A stretch of 64,000 nucleotides of DNA from Candidatus Latescibacterota bacterium (lineage in GTDB: Bacteria > Latescibacterota > UBA2968): assembly GCA_965205975.1 (NCBI GenBank), contig OZ242195.1, forward strand, positions 4,448,001 to 4,512,000, written 5' to 3'. Below the pieces are notes generated by a model. The model searched no databases. It was not told the DNA's origin and was given only the letters and a program-made list of their open reading frames with translations. How positions within the stretch are numbered: position 1 is the first letter of the stretch; each line of letters starts with the position of its first letter. Below, piece after piece: positions 55,184 to 64,000 of the stretch. The translations under genes and the position numbers were made by a program.

Positions 55184-58100
55184 TTAAACTGTAGCTCCGG
55201 CGAGCATCATCTGTCCTTTTTCCGTGTACTGCGCCTTATCTTCTGGTGCTACGGTGCGCCAGATCAGGAATTGTTTGCGCAACGCGTTCATAAAATTCTT
55301 GTTGACCCGCCGCCATGACGAGGCATCGCCCGATAGCCGATCTATGGTCAATGTCATGGCAAAAATATTGTGTTCACCTGTGGGTATCGCTTCAAAATGC
55401 ACCTGCTGGCTCACGCCCAGATCATAAGGTGCCAACCAGATTGTTGTGTCAATTGTGTGTCCCTGTCCAGTTGCGGTTTCAACTGAGCCGAGTCGCGCGC
55501 CATCTGTGTAAAATGTGCCCAGACTCTCACCTGCATGCGCTTGGAAATAATCGACGAGGAACACGGACAGGCCAAATACGTCTTTGCCGCCTACGGTAAA
55601 TGGAAATTCAAAATGCCAGCGGTCACCATCTGGATCGGGGAATTTCCATCGGCGCGTTACGTCGGGGACAGCCATCAGGGATGCCTGACGCGCGGGATAG
55701 AGCGACGAGAGCAAAACCACCAGCATGACCAGCATTGAGGATGTTACGGTCGAGAGTGCCGAATAATTTACGGTAAGCCCTTGTAAGGCATCTTGCCACA
55801 GTAAAATTTTGACGACACTCTGTCCCAAAAGATACCCGCCAACGGTTCCCAAAACAGCGTAAACACATGCTTCGGCGATAAATAAGAAGGCGATGTGTAC
55901 AGGTGCTAATCCCACGGAGGAATAGATGCCGATTTCGCGAAAGCGCTCGTACACCGATCCCATCATGGTATTGAGCACGATCAGCGCGGCGACCAAAATG
56001 GGGATAAACAAATTGGCCATGCCCTGCAAAGATGTATTGCCCAGGGAACTGTAAACCGCGACGCGTATGCCGCCATCTGCTGTTGGGATGCCTGCAAATA
56101 ATACCACTGATAACCGGGATAAAAAGGACTTGATCTCGGCTTCGACATCTACCTCTTCGTGAAATCGCACGGCTACGGACTGCAGTGGACTGCCCACATC
56201 GCGCAACAGGGCATAGGGTACGATCAAAATATCATCGGGATCCAGATGTTCAAATGGCATGGTCTCGACTTCGGGGCGCTCTAATCCCTGCCGTTCGCGG
56301 GTCTCAGTCTGGGACATGACGGTAATAAATTCGTCTTCGGTGACTTGAAAATCTGCCGGCGTTATCTGTTCTTCATCCAGATCGACAAATCGACGCATTT
56401 TTTCAGAGTCGATCAGTCCAATTACTGTGAGTCTTTTGCCAAAAAGGCGGATGTACGCCGTGCCGACATCTTGTTCTGTTATACCCAGGGTCTCCGCTAC
56501 TTGATCGGGCAAAATACAGGCAGACTCACCCGGTTGAAACCAGCGTCCGATTCGCAGCAGGGTATCGATCTGCGTCACCTGGGCTTCTTCGGGTGACGCC
56601 CCCAGGATTCCCTGGACGCGCGAATTTTTCTCCCCATAACGCAATACGGCTTTTGATTTTTTGTCTTCTCTTGTGGCAACATACCAGCTTCGGGGGGTTA
56701 CGGTGCCTCTGTCTTTGAAATTTATTCGCGCATAATCATAAGCCGTGTCTTCCAGTGGTCCCCAGAATTTGCTTCTGATCAGTATGCCGGGATACGCGCC
56801 TTCTGTATCGCGTTGAAGTTGGTGAAATTCCAATGCGGATTTGATAGAGGTAAAAGATAGCACGGTAAATGTCAGCAATACCAGGGTTGCAAATGTCAAC
56901 CAGGTGCGTAGTTTGCGCTTTTTCATATTGGCAATGCCCAGTTGAAATGCCGCCACTGATGCGCTGACCCGTCCTACATCGGTTTCGTGCAATAATACTT
57001 CAGCGCTGCGGAGTCGCCGGATGTTCTCGTTGAATCGGCCCGATAAAATCGAGATCACAAAAATCGCCAGTGCCAAAATTACAAAAGCCAGCAAAATTAC
57101 AAAGGGATTGGAGAGGTCAAATGCGGGGTGTACCTGGGAGAGAAATATCCAGATGATGACAAAGACCAGGCCGATTCCGCCGATTTGCATTCGAATATCG
57201 GAAAATGTAAAGATCAATCGCTCGAGAAAAAATGCACAGGGGATGACGAGTAACATGAAGAAAATCACGCCGCGGATCACATCGTTTTGCGTTGTTTTTA
57301 CGTCTGGATATGCCCGCGATTCAATGCCCATGCCCGCGCGCGTGTGTTTTACAAAAGCATCCCATTGCTTTTCCTGCAGTGCGGTTTCTGCTTCGTCCAG
57401 GTGTTGTTTTGCCTGCGCGTGCAATACTTCCAGTCGCTGGTTTTCGATTGAGTACTGGCGCAGTTTTCGCATGCGCGACTCGTTCAACATCCACATATCT
57501 CGCGCTGCCTGATAGGGCGTGCGGATTAAGGATCCCGATGACAGGGTTTGAAATCCCTCACCCCGGGCATCCCACTCGGTGTCTGCGCTTTTTGCGTTGA
57601 GCAACAAATAGCGCACGCCAATAGCGCCTGCGCGCATGGCTATTTTCACTTTTTCACCCGGGGATGTATAGACTACGCCGACGGGTTCGTCTGGCCCAAA
57701 TCCGATGTCATAACCGTATTCTTGCGGTGCGGTATTGCCCACGCCATAGACGCTGATATTGGATAGTGTGTTCAAATATCGAGGATCGACTGTGCCGTAA
57801 AAATCGGTTGCCACGCAGGGGAATAGGATGACGGTTTGCTTTGTGATCCACCAGTTCATGTTGAAATGACCGCTGTAAATTTTACCCTGCCGTCCCTGGT
57901 TGGGCGCGTACGTGATTTCACCGCTGTGCGGATCAATATAGTACGCCCGCACGTGTACGCGGCGCTCAGCTACGCCCGGGATATAGTATTCGCCGTTTTC
58001 ATCTGCGAGGTCGTAGTAAATGCGCCGCACGCCTTTGATTGATTTTTCCAGGCCCATGCGCATGGCGGCTATTGCACCTGGTCGCGATTTGTCGGGTGTG

Positions 58101-59710
58101 ATACTGCGCCGAGGGAAGGTGCGTACATATCCTTTTAGGCCGCGCATACGGTCGGTGGGATCCAGTTTGTAATCGGGCAAAAATTCTTCGCTATTGAAGG
58201 ATATATCCAGCATGCCCGCGAGTACGCGAATCTGTTTGGTCAGGTTGGTGTAGTTTATATACTCAGCCCGGTCCAGAGGGGTATCTACGCGGAATCGCGC
58301 GTCGTTCACGGTTGTCAATGACAGTGCCGGGGTGCCGGCATAGAGTACGACTTCGCTGTCGCTTTTGATATTTTCGCCGGGGATGTACATGTCCCAGGTC
58401 ATGCCGCCTTTGGGGTTGATGCCATCGACCATGACGTCATTTGACGGCACGCCCATGCCTTCGGCAATGGCGGTTGCATAGCGTACAAAGGATTTGCTAA
58501 ATGTGGCAAAAAATCGCGTGGAGAAGTAATTGACAGCAGTATTGACGCCAAATCCCGCTGTTTGGGTCGATACGCCTATTTCGTCTGTTTGGCTCGAGAG
58601 ATCCAGGCCGATGAACAGGTCGATATCAATGGGTTCGGTCATGAGTGCGGCAAAGTGCTCTTCTTTGCGCGAGTGCCGGTTCAGGAAGTCGCATATACCC
58701 CGGAATCCCAGGTGGTGTGCGGAGGATGCGAGGAAGAGTACGGTGTATTTGGGACGATGTGCTTGAAAATATTCAGCGAGGCGCATGAGTGCGACGATGC
58801 CACACGCCATTTCAGCGCCGGGTGCCTGTGCGGGTACGACAGACATGGCGTCGTAGTAGGCGTTGATGACTACGATTTTTTTCTTCATTACTGGATCCGA
58901 TCCTTCGATCCAGCCCAATACGTTGGCTGCGTCGTCTTTCTTCCAGGGCATCCGGGATTCGAGTTGTACTTCTATTTCGCCCTGGTCTGCCAACAGAGTG
59001 CGTAACTTCTCACCGCGTTCGCGGTCGATCCAGAATCGCTCTACAGTGTTGGGTACTTGCAAAAATTTTGTTTCGGCCTGTGTATAAGATGTGGTGTCTG
59101 GTGCGATGAAAATGATTTGCTGCGCGCCCAGAACAGCGGCGTTAAGCCATTTGTTCCAGGTGTTAAAGTTCAGGAGGACGACTGTGTTTTCTACATTTTT
59201 GCCGTCGTATGCCTTAAATTCGCCGTCGCCGCCGTCGATCAGGCGCGTTCGCACACCGCCCGGTGGCAAGGTGGAGGTTTTCACGAGGTTGGGCCATAGT
59301 CCGGAGAGCGGATATACTTCGCCGGAGGAGAGGATGGTTAATTGGCTGCCTTCATCTACGGGTGAGGTTACGCCATAGGTTTCTGTTTCTACATTTTTTA
59401 GATCCAGCGCCCGGAAGCGTTGTTCGATAAATTTCGCGGCGGCATCGTGTCCTGGATAGCCGGGTACGCGAGATTTATATTGGGTAAAGGTCGCCATTAA
59501 TGCGCGTACTTCGGCTTCTGTGATTTCGCGTTTTACGCGATCAGCTACGACTTCAGCACCCGGTACAGGGGCTGGTTCTACGGGTTCGGGGGGGGTTAAT
59601 CCCAGCACATTACGTAGCAATGGGTTGACCATATCGGGTCCTAAAATGACCGCGCCAAACCCAAATACGGCAACCCCGATTATTGCCAACCAACCGATGC
59701 GACGATACAT
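55184..59710 (-). CDS. Large membrane protein: M28-peptidase-like ectodomain plus MacB/FtsX-like permease domain
   Basis: SRVPGYPG, INAYYD, APGA, LFLASSAHH and IGLDLS; C-terminal ERFREIGIYSSVG and YPARQAS. Confidence 0.8.
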   Translation of the reverse strand: MYRRIGWLAIIGVAVFGFGAVILGPDMVNPLLRNVLGLTPPEPVEPAPVPGAEVVADRVKREITEAEVRALMATFTQYKSRVPGYPGHDAAAKFIEQRFRALDLKNVETETYGVTSPVDEGSQLTILSSGEVYPLSGLWPNLVKTSTLPPGGVRTRLIDGGDGEFKAYDGKNVENTVVLLNFNTWNKWLNAAVLGAQQIIFIAPDTTSYTQAETKFLQVPNTVERFWIDRERGEKLRTLLADQGEIEVQLESRMPWKKDDAANVLGWIEGSDPVMKKKIVVINAYYDAMSVVPAQAPGAEMACGIVALMRLAEYFQAHRPKYTVLFLASSAHHLGFRGICDFLNRHSRKEEHFAALMTEPIDIDLFIGLDLSSQTDEIGVSTQTAGFGVNTAVNYFSTRFFATFSKSFVRYATAIAEGMGVPSNDVMVDGINPKGGMTWDMYIPGENIKSDSEVVLYAGTPALSLTTVNDARFRVDTPLDRAEYINYTNLTKQIRVLAGMLDISFNSEEFLPDYKLDPTDRMRGLKGYVRTFPRRSITPDKSRPGAIAAMRMGLEKSIKGVRRIYYDLADENGEYYIPGVAERRVHVRAYYIDPHSGEITYAPNQGRQGKIYSGHFNMNWWITKQTVILFPCVATDFYGTVDPRYLNTLSNISVYGVGNTAPQEYGYDIGFGPDEPVGVVYTSPGEKVKIAMRAGAIGVRYLLLNAKSADTEWDARGEGFQTLSSGSLIRTPYQAARDMWMLNESRMRKLRQYSIENQRLEVLHAQAKQHLDEAETALQEKQWDAFVKHTRAGMGIESRAYPDVKTTQNDVIRGVIFFMLLVIPCAFFLERLIFTFSDIRMQIGGIGLVFVIIWIFLSQVHPAFDLSNPFVILLAFVILALAIFVISILSGRFNENIRRLRSAEVLLHETDVGRVSASVAAFQLGIANMKKRKLRTWLTFATLVLLTFTVLSFTSIKSALEFHQLQRDTEGAYPGILIRSKFWGPLEDTAYDYARINFKDRGTVTPRSWYVATREDKKSKAVLRYGEKNSRVQGILGASPEEAQVTQIDTLLRIGRWFQPGESACILPDQVAETLGITEQDVGTAYIRLFGKRLTVIGLIDSEKMRRFVDLDEEQITPADFQVTEDEFITVMSQTETRERQGLERPEVETMPFEHLDPDDILIVPYALLRDVGSPLQSVAVRFHEEVDVEAEIKSFLSRLSVVLFAGIPTADGGIRVAVYSSLGNTSLQGMANLFIPILVAALIVLNTMMGSVYERFREIGIYSSVGLAPVHIAFLFIAEACVYAVLGTVGGYLLGQSVVKILLWQDALQGLTVNYSALSTVTSSMLVMLVVLLSSLYPARQASLMAVPDVTRRWKFPDPDGDRWHFEFPFTVGGKDVFGLSVFLVDYFQAHAGESLGTFYTDGARLGSVETATGQGHTIDTTIWLAPYDLGVSQQVHFEAIPTGEHNIFAMTLTIDRLSGDASSWRRVNKNFMNALRKQFLIWRTVAPEDKAQYTEKGQMMLAGATV

Positions 59711-59926
59711 GGAGGGTCCTTTCAAGAGATCATGCAATCCAAAAATCAAACACTATCATGCATAAAAAGACAACTTCTGCCAAATAAAATTAAGGCTACT
59801 AACCTTTATAAAAAAGGCAGTCCAGGTCGCGTGATGATCCGTGCGAACAAGTCTGCCTTATTTACCAACGTCTGAGATTATTCCTCAGAACCTAGTTCCT
59901 CCAGTAATCTGGTTGGGGTGCATCAC

Positions 59927-60328
59927 CTATGACACCATTGTGGATATAGCTGCAGTTTGTGGCTCTGTATCGATGTTGTCATCTGAAAAGCTGACAACGT
60001 TAAAGGTTTCTGGATCAAATTCTGACTCTCGGCGAACTAACTCGCTGAATGAGACGAATTGAACAAGCAGTCCCACATCAAATGCTGCACAAAGTTTGTG
60101 CAATATTTGTACTGATGGTGGGTCACTATCAGGGTCTTCCAATTCGGCTATTTGGCTCTCGGGAATGCCACTGTTCTTTGCAAGATCCGCTTGTGTCCAC
60201 CCTCTCGCCCTCCGAAGTGCTCGGATTTGGAAAGGTACCTCAATTTCAAACTGTCCCTCGACGTAACCTTCCCGATATTCCTTATTTTGCAGTTCTTCCC
60301 AAAGTTCAGAGCTTGAATTCAAGTTCAT
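59927..60328 (-). CDS. XRE-family HTH antitoxin (HigA-like)
   Basis: QIRALRRARGWTQADLA...IAELE; overlaps the upstream toxin gene. Confidence 0.85.
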   Translation of the reverse strand: MNLNSSSELWEELQNKEYREGYVEGQFEIEVPFQIRALRRARGWTQADLAKNSGIPESQIAELEDPDSDPPSVQILHKLCAAFDVGLLVQFVSFSELVRRESEFDPETFNVVSFSDDNIDTEPQTAAISTMVS

Positions 60329-60671
60329 GAGCTTCTCCCCTTTGTATTTCGGAGTGACGTGTTACCGCTGTCTTATATGCGTTTGGTGGTTTATATATGT
60401 TGTCTTTATGAGTAAAACCACACAAAAATGTTACTCGCCTTAACGATGGAAAGTAACAGAATATTCGATGTGGTACACGGTGTTCACCGGGCCAACGCGC
60501 TTCGTGCAGTGCTTGAAATTTGCCAAAATAAGGTCTTTGAGGTTGAGTAAGCTGTTTTACAATACGCAAATACCGTTTAAGACGCGATTTGTTGTTTGGA
60601 GATAATCTATGATACCAGTCAGATACAGGAAGCCTACCCTGTTTACTTTGATATTCCTGGAAATACCACAC
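60306..60671 (-). CDS. RelE/HigB (Gp49-like) toxin
   Basis: GRLPVSDWY, LHEAR, HRIFC and FLCGFTHK; toxin-first gene order. Confidence 0.75.
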   Translation of the reverse strand: MWYFQEYQSKQGRLPVSDWYHRLSPNNKSRLKRYLRIVKQLTQPQRPYFGKFQALHEARWPGEHRVPHRIFCYFPSLRRVTFLCGFTHKDNIYKPPNAYKTAVTRHSEIQRGEAHELEFKL

Positions 60672-60801
60672 ATCTACCCCTCTTCACAGTCCCATAAGTG
60701 TACAAAGTAAAATTAAACGATGACAAGATGACATAAATTAGCCAAGCGCATATCTGAAAGCAAGGGAATAAATCTCGACAGGCTACAACATCACCCCTCA
60801 A

Positions 60802-63147
60802 TTATTGTTCCATACTTCTTTCTATGGCCCTTTGGTGTCTGTCTGAAAGAGATTCTTCCTCTCGCTTTGTTACGCGTTCATTGATTTCATTTTTGTTTAA
60901 AATAAAAAGGGCTTCTTGAGAGCTTGTTTGCTGGCTTATCAAATCGTGAACCTCAACTGCAAGCTGATATAGACCCGGTTTTAATTTTTTTGTATCCAAT
61001 TCAATATATATCGGTTCTGTGGTGCTGTTTCCATTATGGTCAGAACTAATCGAGATCTCTGGCTTTTGGTCGGTAACCAATTTGTCCATAAAAGATGATA
61101 TGCTGCCCAATAGACTGGCATTTTTTCTTTTATCTTCCCAGATCGTGTATTTAATGTGGTATTTCGTTTGACCAAATGCATCTTTTTGCAAATTGTAAAT
61201 TTCATAATAGACATTGACGGCCTGATTTCTGAGATAATTTCGCGTGGGCATGGGAATGACCCAAACATCGCCCTTTTGAAACTTGTATGATTGGGGTTCG
61301 GTGAAGATGTGATAGGCCATTTCAATATCGCTTATGCTCAGTGAATCGACAGCGTAATTCGGGATGTGAATTTGCTGTTGATAGAACCCCCATTTGCCAG
61401 AATTTTGATCCGCGAGATGAACGATGAGTCGATAATCCCCCGGTAGAGCTTTAAGAGACATCGCATCAATGGCGATACCACCTTGCGTACTTGACAGTGA
61501 TACAGTGTGTTGAGCGCTGTTGATGACTGTGCCTTCGTCATTCACAAGAGATGCCGTCCAGTTCACAAGTGCAAGAGTTGTTGAGGTATCATTTGGGGCA
61601 AAAATATCCTTTGGCAATAATCCGAGATAAATATTCTGATCTGTTTCGAGGTTCTTTCCCCGGAATGTCGCCAGGTCATAGTAAAAGTCCAAAATTTCAG
61701 TGCCGGGTATTCCATTATAAAAATCAGGCGTCTCTTTGGCATGGTGCCCAATAATAACTTGAGGATGGAAGTTTTGTGACGCTACTGCTAAAAGAGGACT
61801 CTTGGGAGGGAGCGGATAATCCCAACTGCCATTCATGAAGTGATCTGTAAATACAATTTCTATGCCTTTGCCAATACCGAGATAAATCCACGATTCCCAG
61901 GGAAATCTGGGCGAACCATCGGGATGGCGATCTATGGGATAAATGGGATCTGTCAGGGCACCTTTGCTCTGCTTGCGCTTCAAGGTGTTCCATTCGGGAA
62001 CTTGCTCTACGCGATTAGCCCTTTGCAAATTCAAAGCAAGTTCGTAAGCCAATCTTTCTTTTACAAATTCAACAGATAGGGGGGGAACTCTGCCTCCATA
62101 ACGCCCGCCAAATTTGTAATCCGGTTCACCAAACTTGATATACACCTCGCCGCGTCGATCCCAAGGGTGTTTACCATTAAAAAACTGGCGTGCATACCAT
62201 ACTCTTCTATAGTGTTCTACTTTTCTGATATTGGCCCCTGCACGCAATAAGGGGTCTCGCTTTTTCCAAAACTCATTTATGAACTGTCCTCGTTCTTCTT
62301 CTTTTAAGCTGCTAAAGGTATTTTGTTCTTCGGGCGACATCATCAATGTGATATTATCGTAATATCTGCGCTCATCTTCTGGTATTAGACGCAGGAATTT
62401 TTGAAATAAATAATCAGCCACCTTTACTTCACCCATGGCTGCGTAGGCTTGCGCCTGAAGCGGTAACCAATTGTCCTTGTCCGCGTGACTTGCCGGTAAT
62501 TGTTCAATAATCTCCAAAATCAGCTTGTATCGATAGTCCTTTGCGTAATTCAGTGCCATTTGATACAGAAAGTCCGCATCTTGTGGAACTAACTGAAGAT
62601 AGGACTTAAAATATGCCAGCATTTTCTTTTCGTTTTTTTCTTCGGCGTACCATTCGGCAAGTGCCATATGAGCAGGTGCGTATGATGAATCATCTTTGAC
62701 AATGCCTTTTAGAGTTGATACGGCATCGGTACTTTTGTCCTTCAGTTGCAGATGTGCAATATCCATTTTTACTGCCGTCATATTTGGATCTTTGGCAAGT
62801 GCGCGACGAAAATTATAAAAGGCTTTTTGATGTTTGCCTTTTTGATTGGCGTATGTCAAGCCCAATCCGCGATATGCCTGTGCCGATTTTTTGTAACGAA
62901 TGGCTTTTTTAAATGCTTCTTCAGCTTGCTTGAGGTCTTCTCGCTTCAACGCCAGCCAACCCAATTGCATATAGGCATCTCCGTCTTTGGGATTGTCCTG
63001 TAAATGGGATGTAAGAACCCCAATAGAGTCTGTTAATGCCTCACGATTCAATTGCGCGACATCAAGTGTCTGCCGATCCTCAAGCCCCCATAAGAGTTGC
63101 GGAAATAAGAAGATGCAAAGTATTAACCAATGGTTCTTGCCAATCAT
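60802..63147 (-). CDS. Secreted TPR plus GWxTD-domain protein
   Basis: Signal peptide, TPRs and FWKKRDP...EHYRRVWYA...WDRRGEVYIKFGEPD. Confidence 0.85.
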   Translation of the reverse strand: MIGKNHWLILCIFLFPQLLWGLEDRQTLDVAQLNREALTDSIGVLTSHLQDNPKDGDAYMQLGWLALKREDLKQAEEAFKKAIRYKKSAQAYRGLGLTYANQKGKHQKAFYNFRRALAKDPNMTAVKMDIAHLQLKDKSTDAVSTLKGIVKDDSSYAPAHMALAEWYAEEKNEKKMLAYFKSYLQLVPQDADFLYQMALNYAKDYRYKLILEIIEQLPASHADKDNWLPLQAQAYAAMGEVKVADYLFQKFLRLIPEDERRYYDNITLMMSPEEQNTFSSLKEEERGQFINEFWKKRDPLLRAGANIRKVEHYRRVWYARQFFNGKHPWDRRGEVYIKFGEPDYKFGGRYGGRVPPLSVEFVKERLAYELALNLQRANRVEQVPEWNTLKRKQSKGALTDPIYPIDRHPDGSPRFPWESWIYLGIGKGIEIVFTDHFMNGSWDYPLPPKSPLLAVASQNFHPQVIIGHHAKETPDFYNGIPGTEILDFYYDLATFRGKNLETDQNIYLGLLPKDIFAPNDTSTTLALVNWTASLVNDEGTVINSAQHTVSLSSTQGGIAIDAMSLKALPGDYRLIVHLADQNSGKWGFYQQQIHIPNYAVDSLSISDIEMAYHIFTEPQSYKFQKGDVWVIPMPTRNYLRNQAVNVYYEIYNLQKDAFGQTKYHIKYTIWEDKRKNASLLGSISSFMDKLVTDQKPEISISSDHNGNSTTEPIYIELDTKKLKPGLYQLAVEVHDLISQQTSSQEALFILNKNEINERVTKREEESLSDRHQRAIERSMEQ

Positions 63148-63214
63148 GCGATCCTCCTATTGAAAAATGCTGGACAATCAAATTCAAGTCAGTGTGAAAA
63201 TCAGAGAAGATCAT

Positions 63215-64000
63215 TTACTCTACAACGCGAAAATAAACGTATTTCTTATCCGTCTGCTCAGTCCGCTTGTCCTTCGCCAGCACCGTCAATTGGTAAATCC
63301 CTTCAGGCACCTGGTTCACATCGATCTGCAAATACGTGAAGTCATCTTCTCGATTGCCTTCGTAATCGGCTGTCACGGTGCGCGTCAAATCGCCATGGCG
63401 TGACCGCTCGATCTTCAAGCTCTCAGCAGCGATGTGGTGGACTTGACCGCCGCTCGTATAAACCTTTGTCTCTCCCAACATAAGGCTATCAGCAAACGCT
63501 CTGCTATTCACTTCGCTATCCTCTGACCGTCCGGGTTGCAACCCCTGAGCTTCTGCTGTTTGCCCAATCCGCAGATCAATCTTTGTTTTACCCATCGTCT
63601 CAATCAGATCTTGAGAGGCGAATAAGGTAGGAGACAGGGTATCCACTTCTGGTTTGCCGATGGTGTAAGAAATTTCATACTGCGTGCTGCCAAAAGCGTC
63701 GCGTTGGAGATCATACAGTTCCAGATAGATAAAGACCGATTCAGACGATGAAAATGTGCGAACTGGATTGGGGGTGATGTGCAGATCGTCACGGCTTTCT
63801 GGCAATGCTTTCTTCGCTTGAATATCACTGCCGACGAGCAGATCACTCAGATGAAAGGTCTCCTGGTCATACACAAAGGGTTTTTCATCGCGTGCCACCC
63901 CAATGAGGCCGGATGTTTGATCCAGTAATTCTACCGAAAAATGATAGCTGTCCTGGCGTAGGGATACCGTGCGCGAGATCAACAGGTGATCGTTGCGATG
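63215..64000 (-). CDS. C-terminal part of a GWxTD-family protein (partial)
   Basis: LSDLLVG, PNPVRTF, IYLELYDLQRDAFG and EGIYQLTV parallel the C-terminus of the downstream gene. Confidence 0.75.
   Translation of the reverse strand, partial: HRNDHLLISRTVSLRQDSYHFSVELLDQTSGLIGVARDEKPFVYDQETFHLSDLLVGSDIQAKKALPESRDDLHITPNPVRTFSSSESVFIYLELYDLQRDAFGSTQYEISYTIGKPEVDTLSPTLFASQDLIETMGKTKIDLRIGQTAEAQGLQPGRSEDSEVNSRAFADSLMLGETKVYTSGGQVHHIAAESLKIERSRHGDLTRTVTADYEGNREDDFTYLQIDVNQVPEGIYQLTVLAKDKRTEQTDKKYVYFRVVE

Overview
A 64-kb bacterial chromosome segment with no CRISPR array, rRNA, integrase or transposase visible. Housekeeping genes: ccmF (partial), ccmE, pyrK, a carB split into two genes, nnr, gltX, tRNA-Ser(TGA), tRNA-Ser(GCT), tRNA-Gln(CTG) and a cold-shock gene. 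Accessory genes: two sulfatases and a UxuA-family dehydratase, three toxin-antitoxin modules (PIN, Panacea, RelE-like/HTH), an ECF sigma/anti-sigma operon, GWxTD proteins, a 1.5-kaa FtsX/M28-like membrane protein and a 3607-aa autotransporter-like adhesin behind a consensus sigma-54 promoter. The best candidate for an undescribed system is at 21.9-28.65 kb: a translationally coupled STAND-like NTPase pair (small NTPase-wHTH plus large NTPase-wHTH-TPR) followed by a duplicated copy of the large gene. Each unit has a conserved ~100-bp hairpin leader and a promoter overlapped by C(A/G)AC-N6-GT(T/C)G palindromes, and a deletion scar marks where the second small gene was lost. This block lies between a frameshifted histidine kinase and a frameshifted sigma-54 activator. 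A candidate ECF-driven two-hairpin sRNA with CU-rich loops lies at 52.2-52.33 kb, and GTAG- and CGTC-type REP elements are scattered through intergenic regions. The gene content resembles that of Latescibacterota/Gemmatimonadota-like marine or sponge-associated bacteria; this is inference only. Family assignments come from motif recognition, not database searches.
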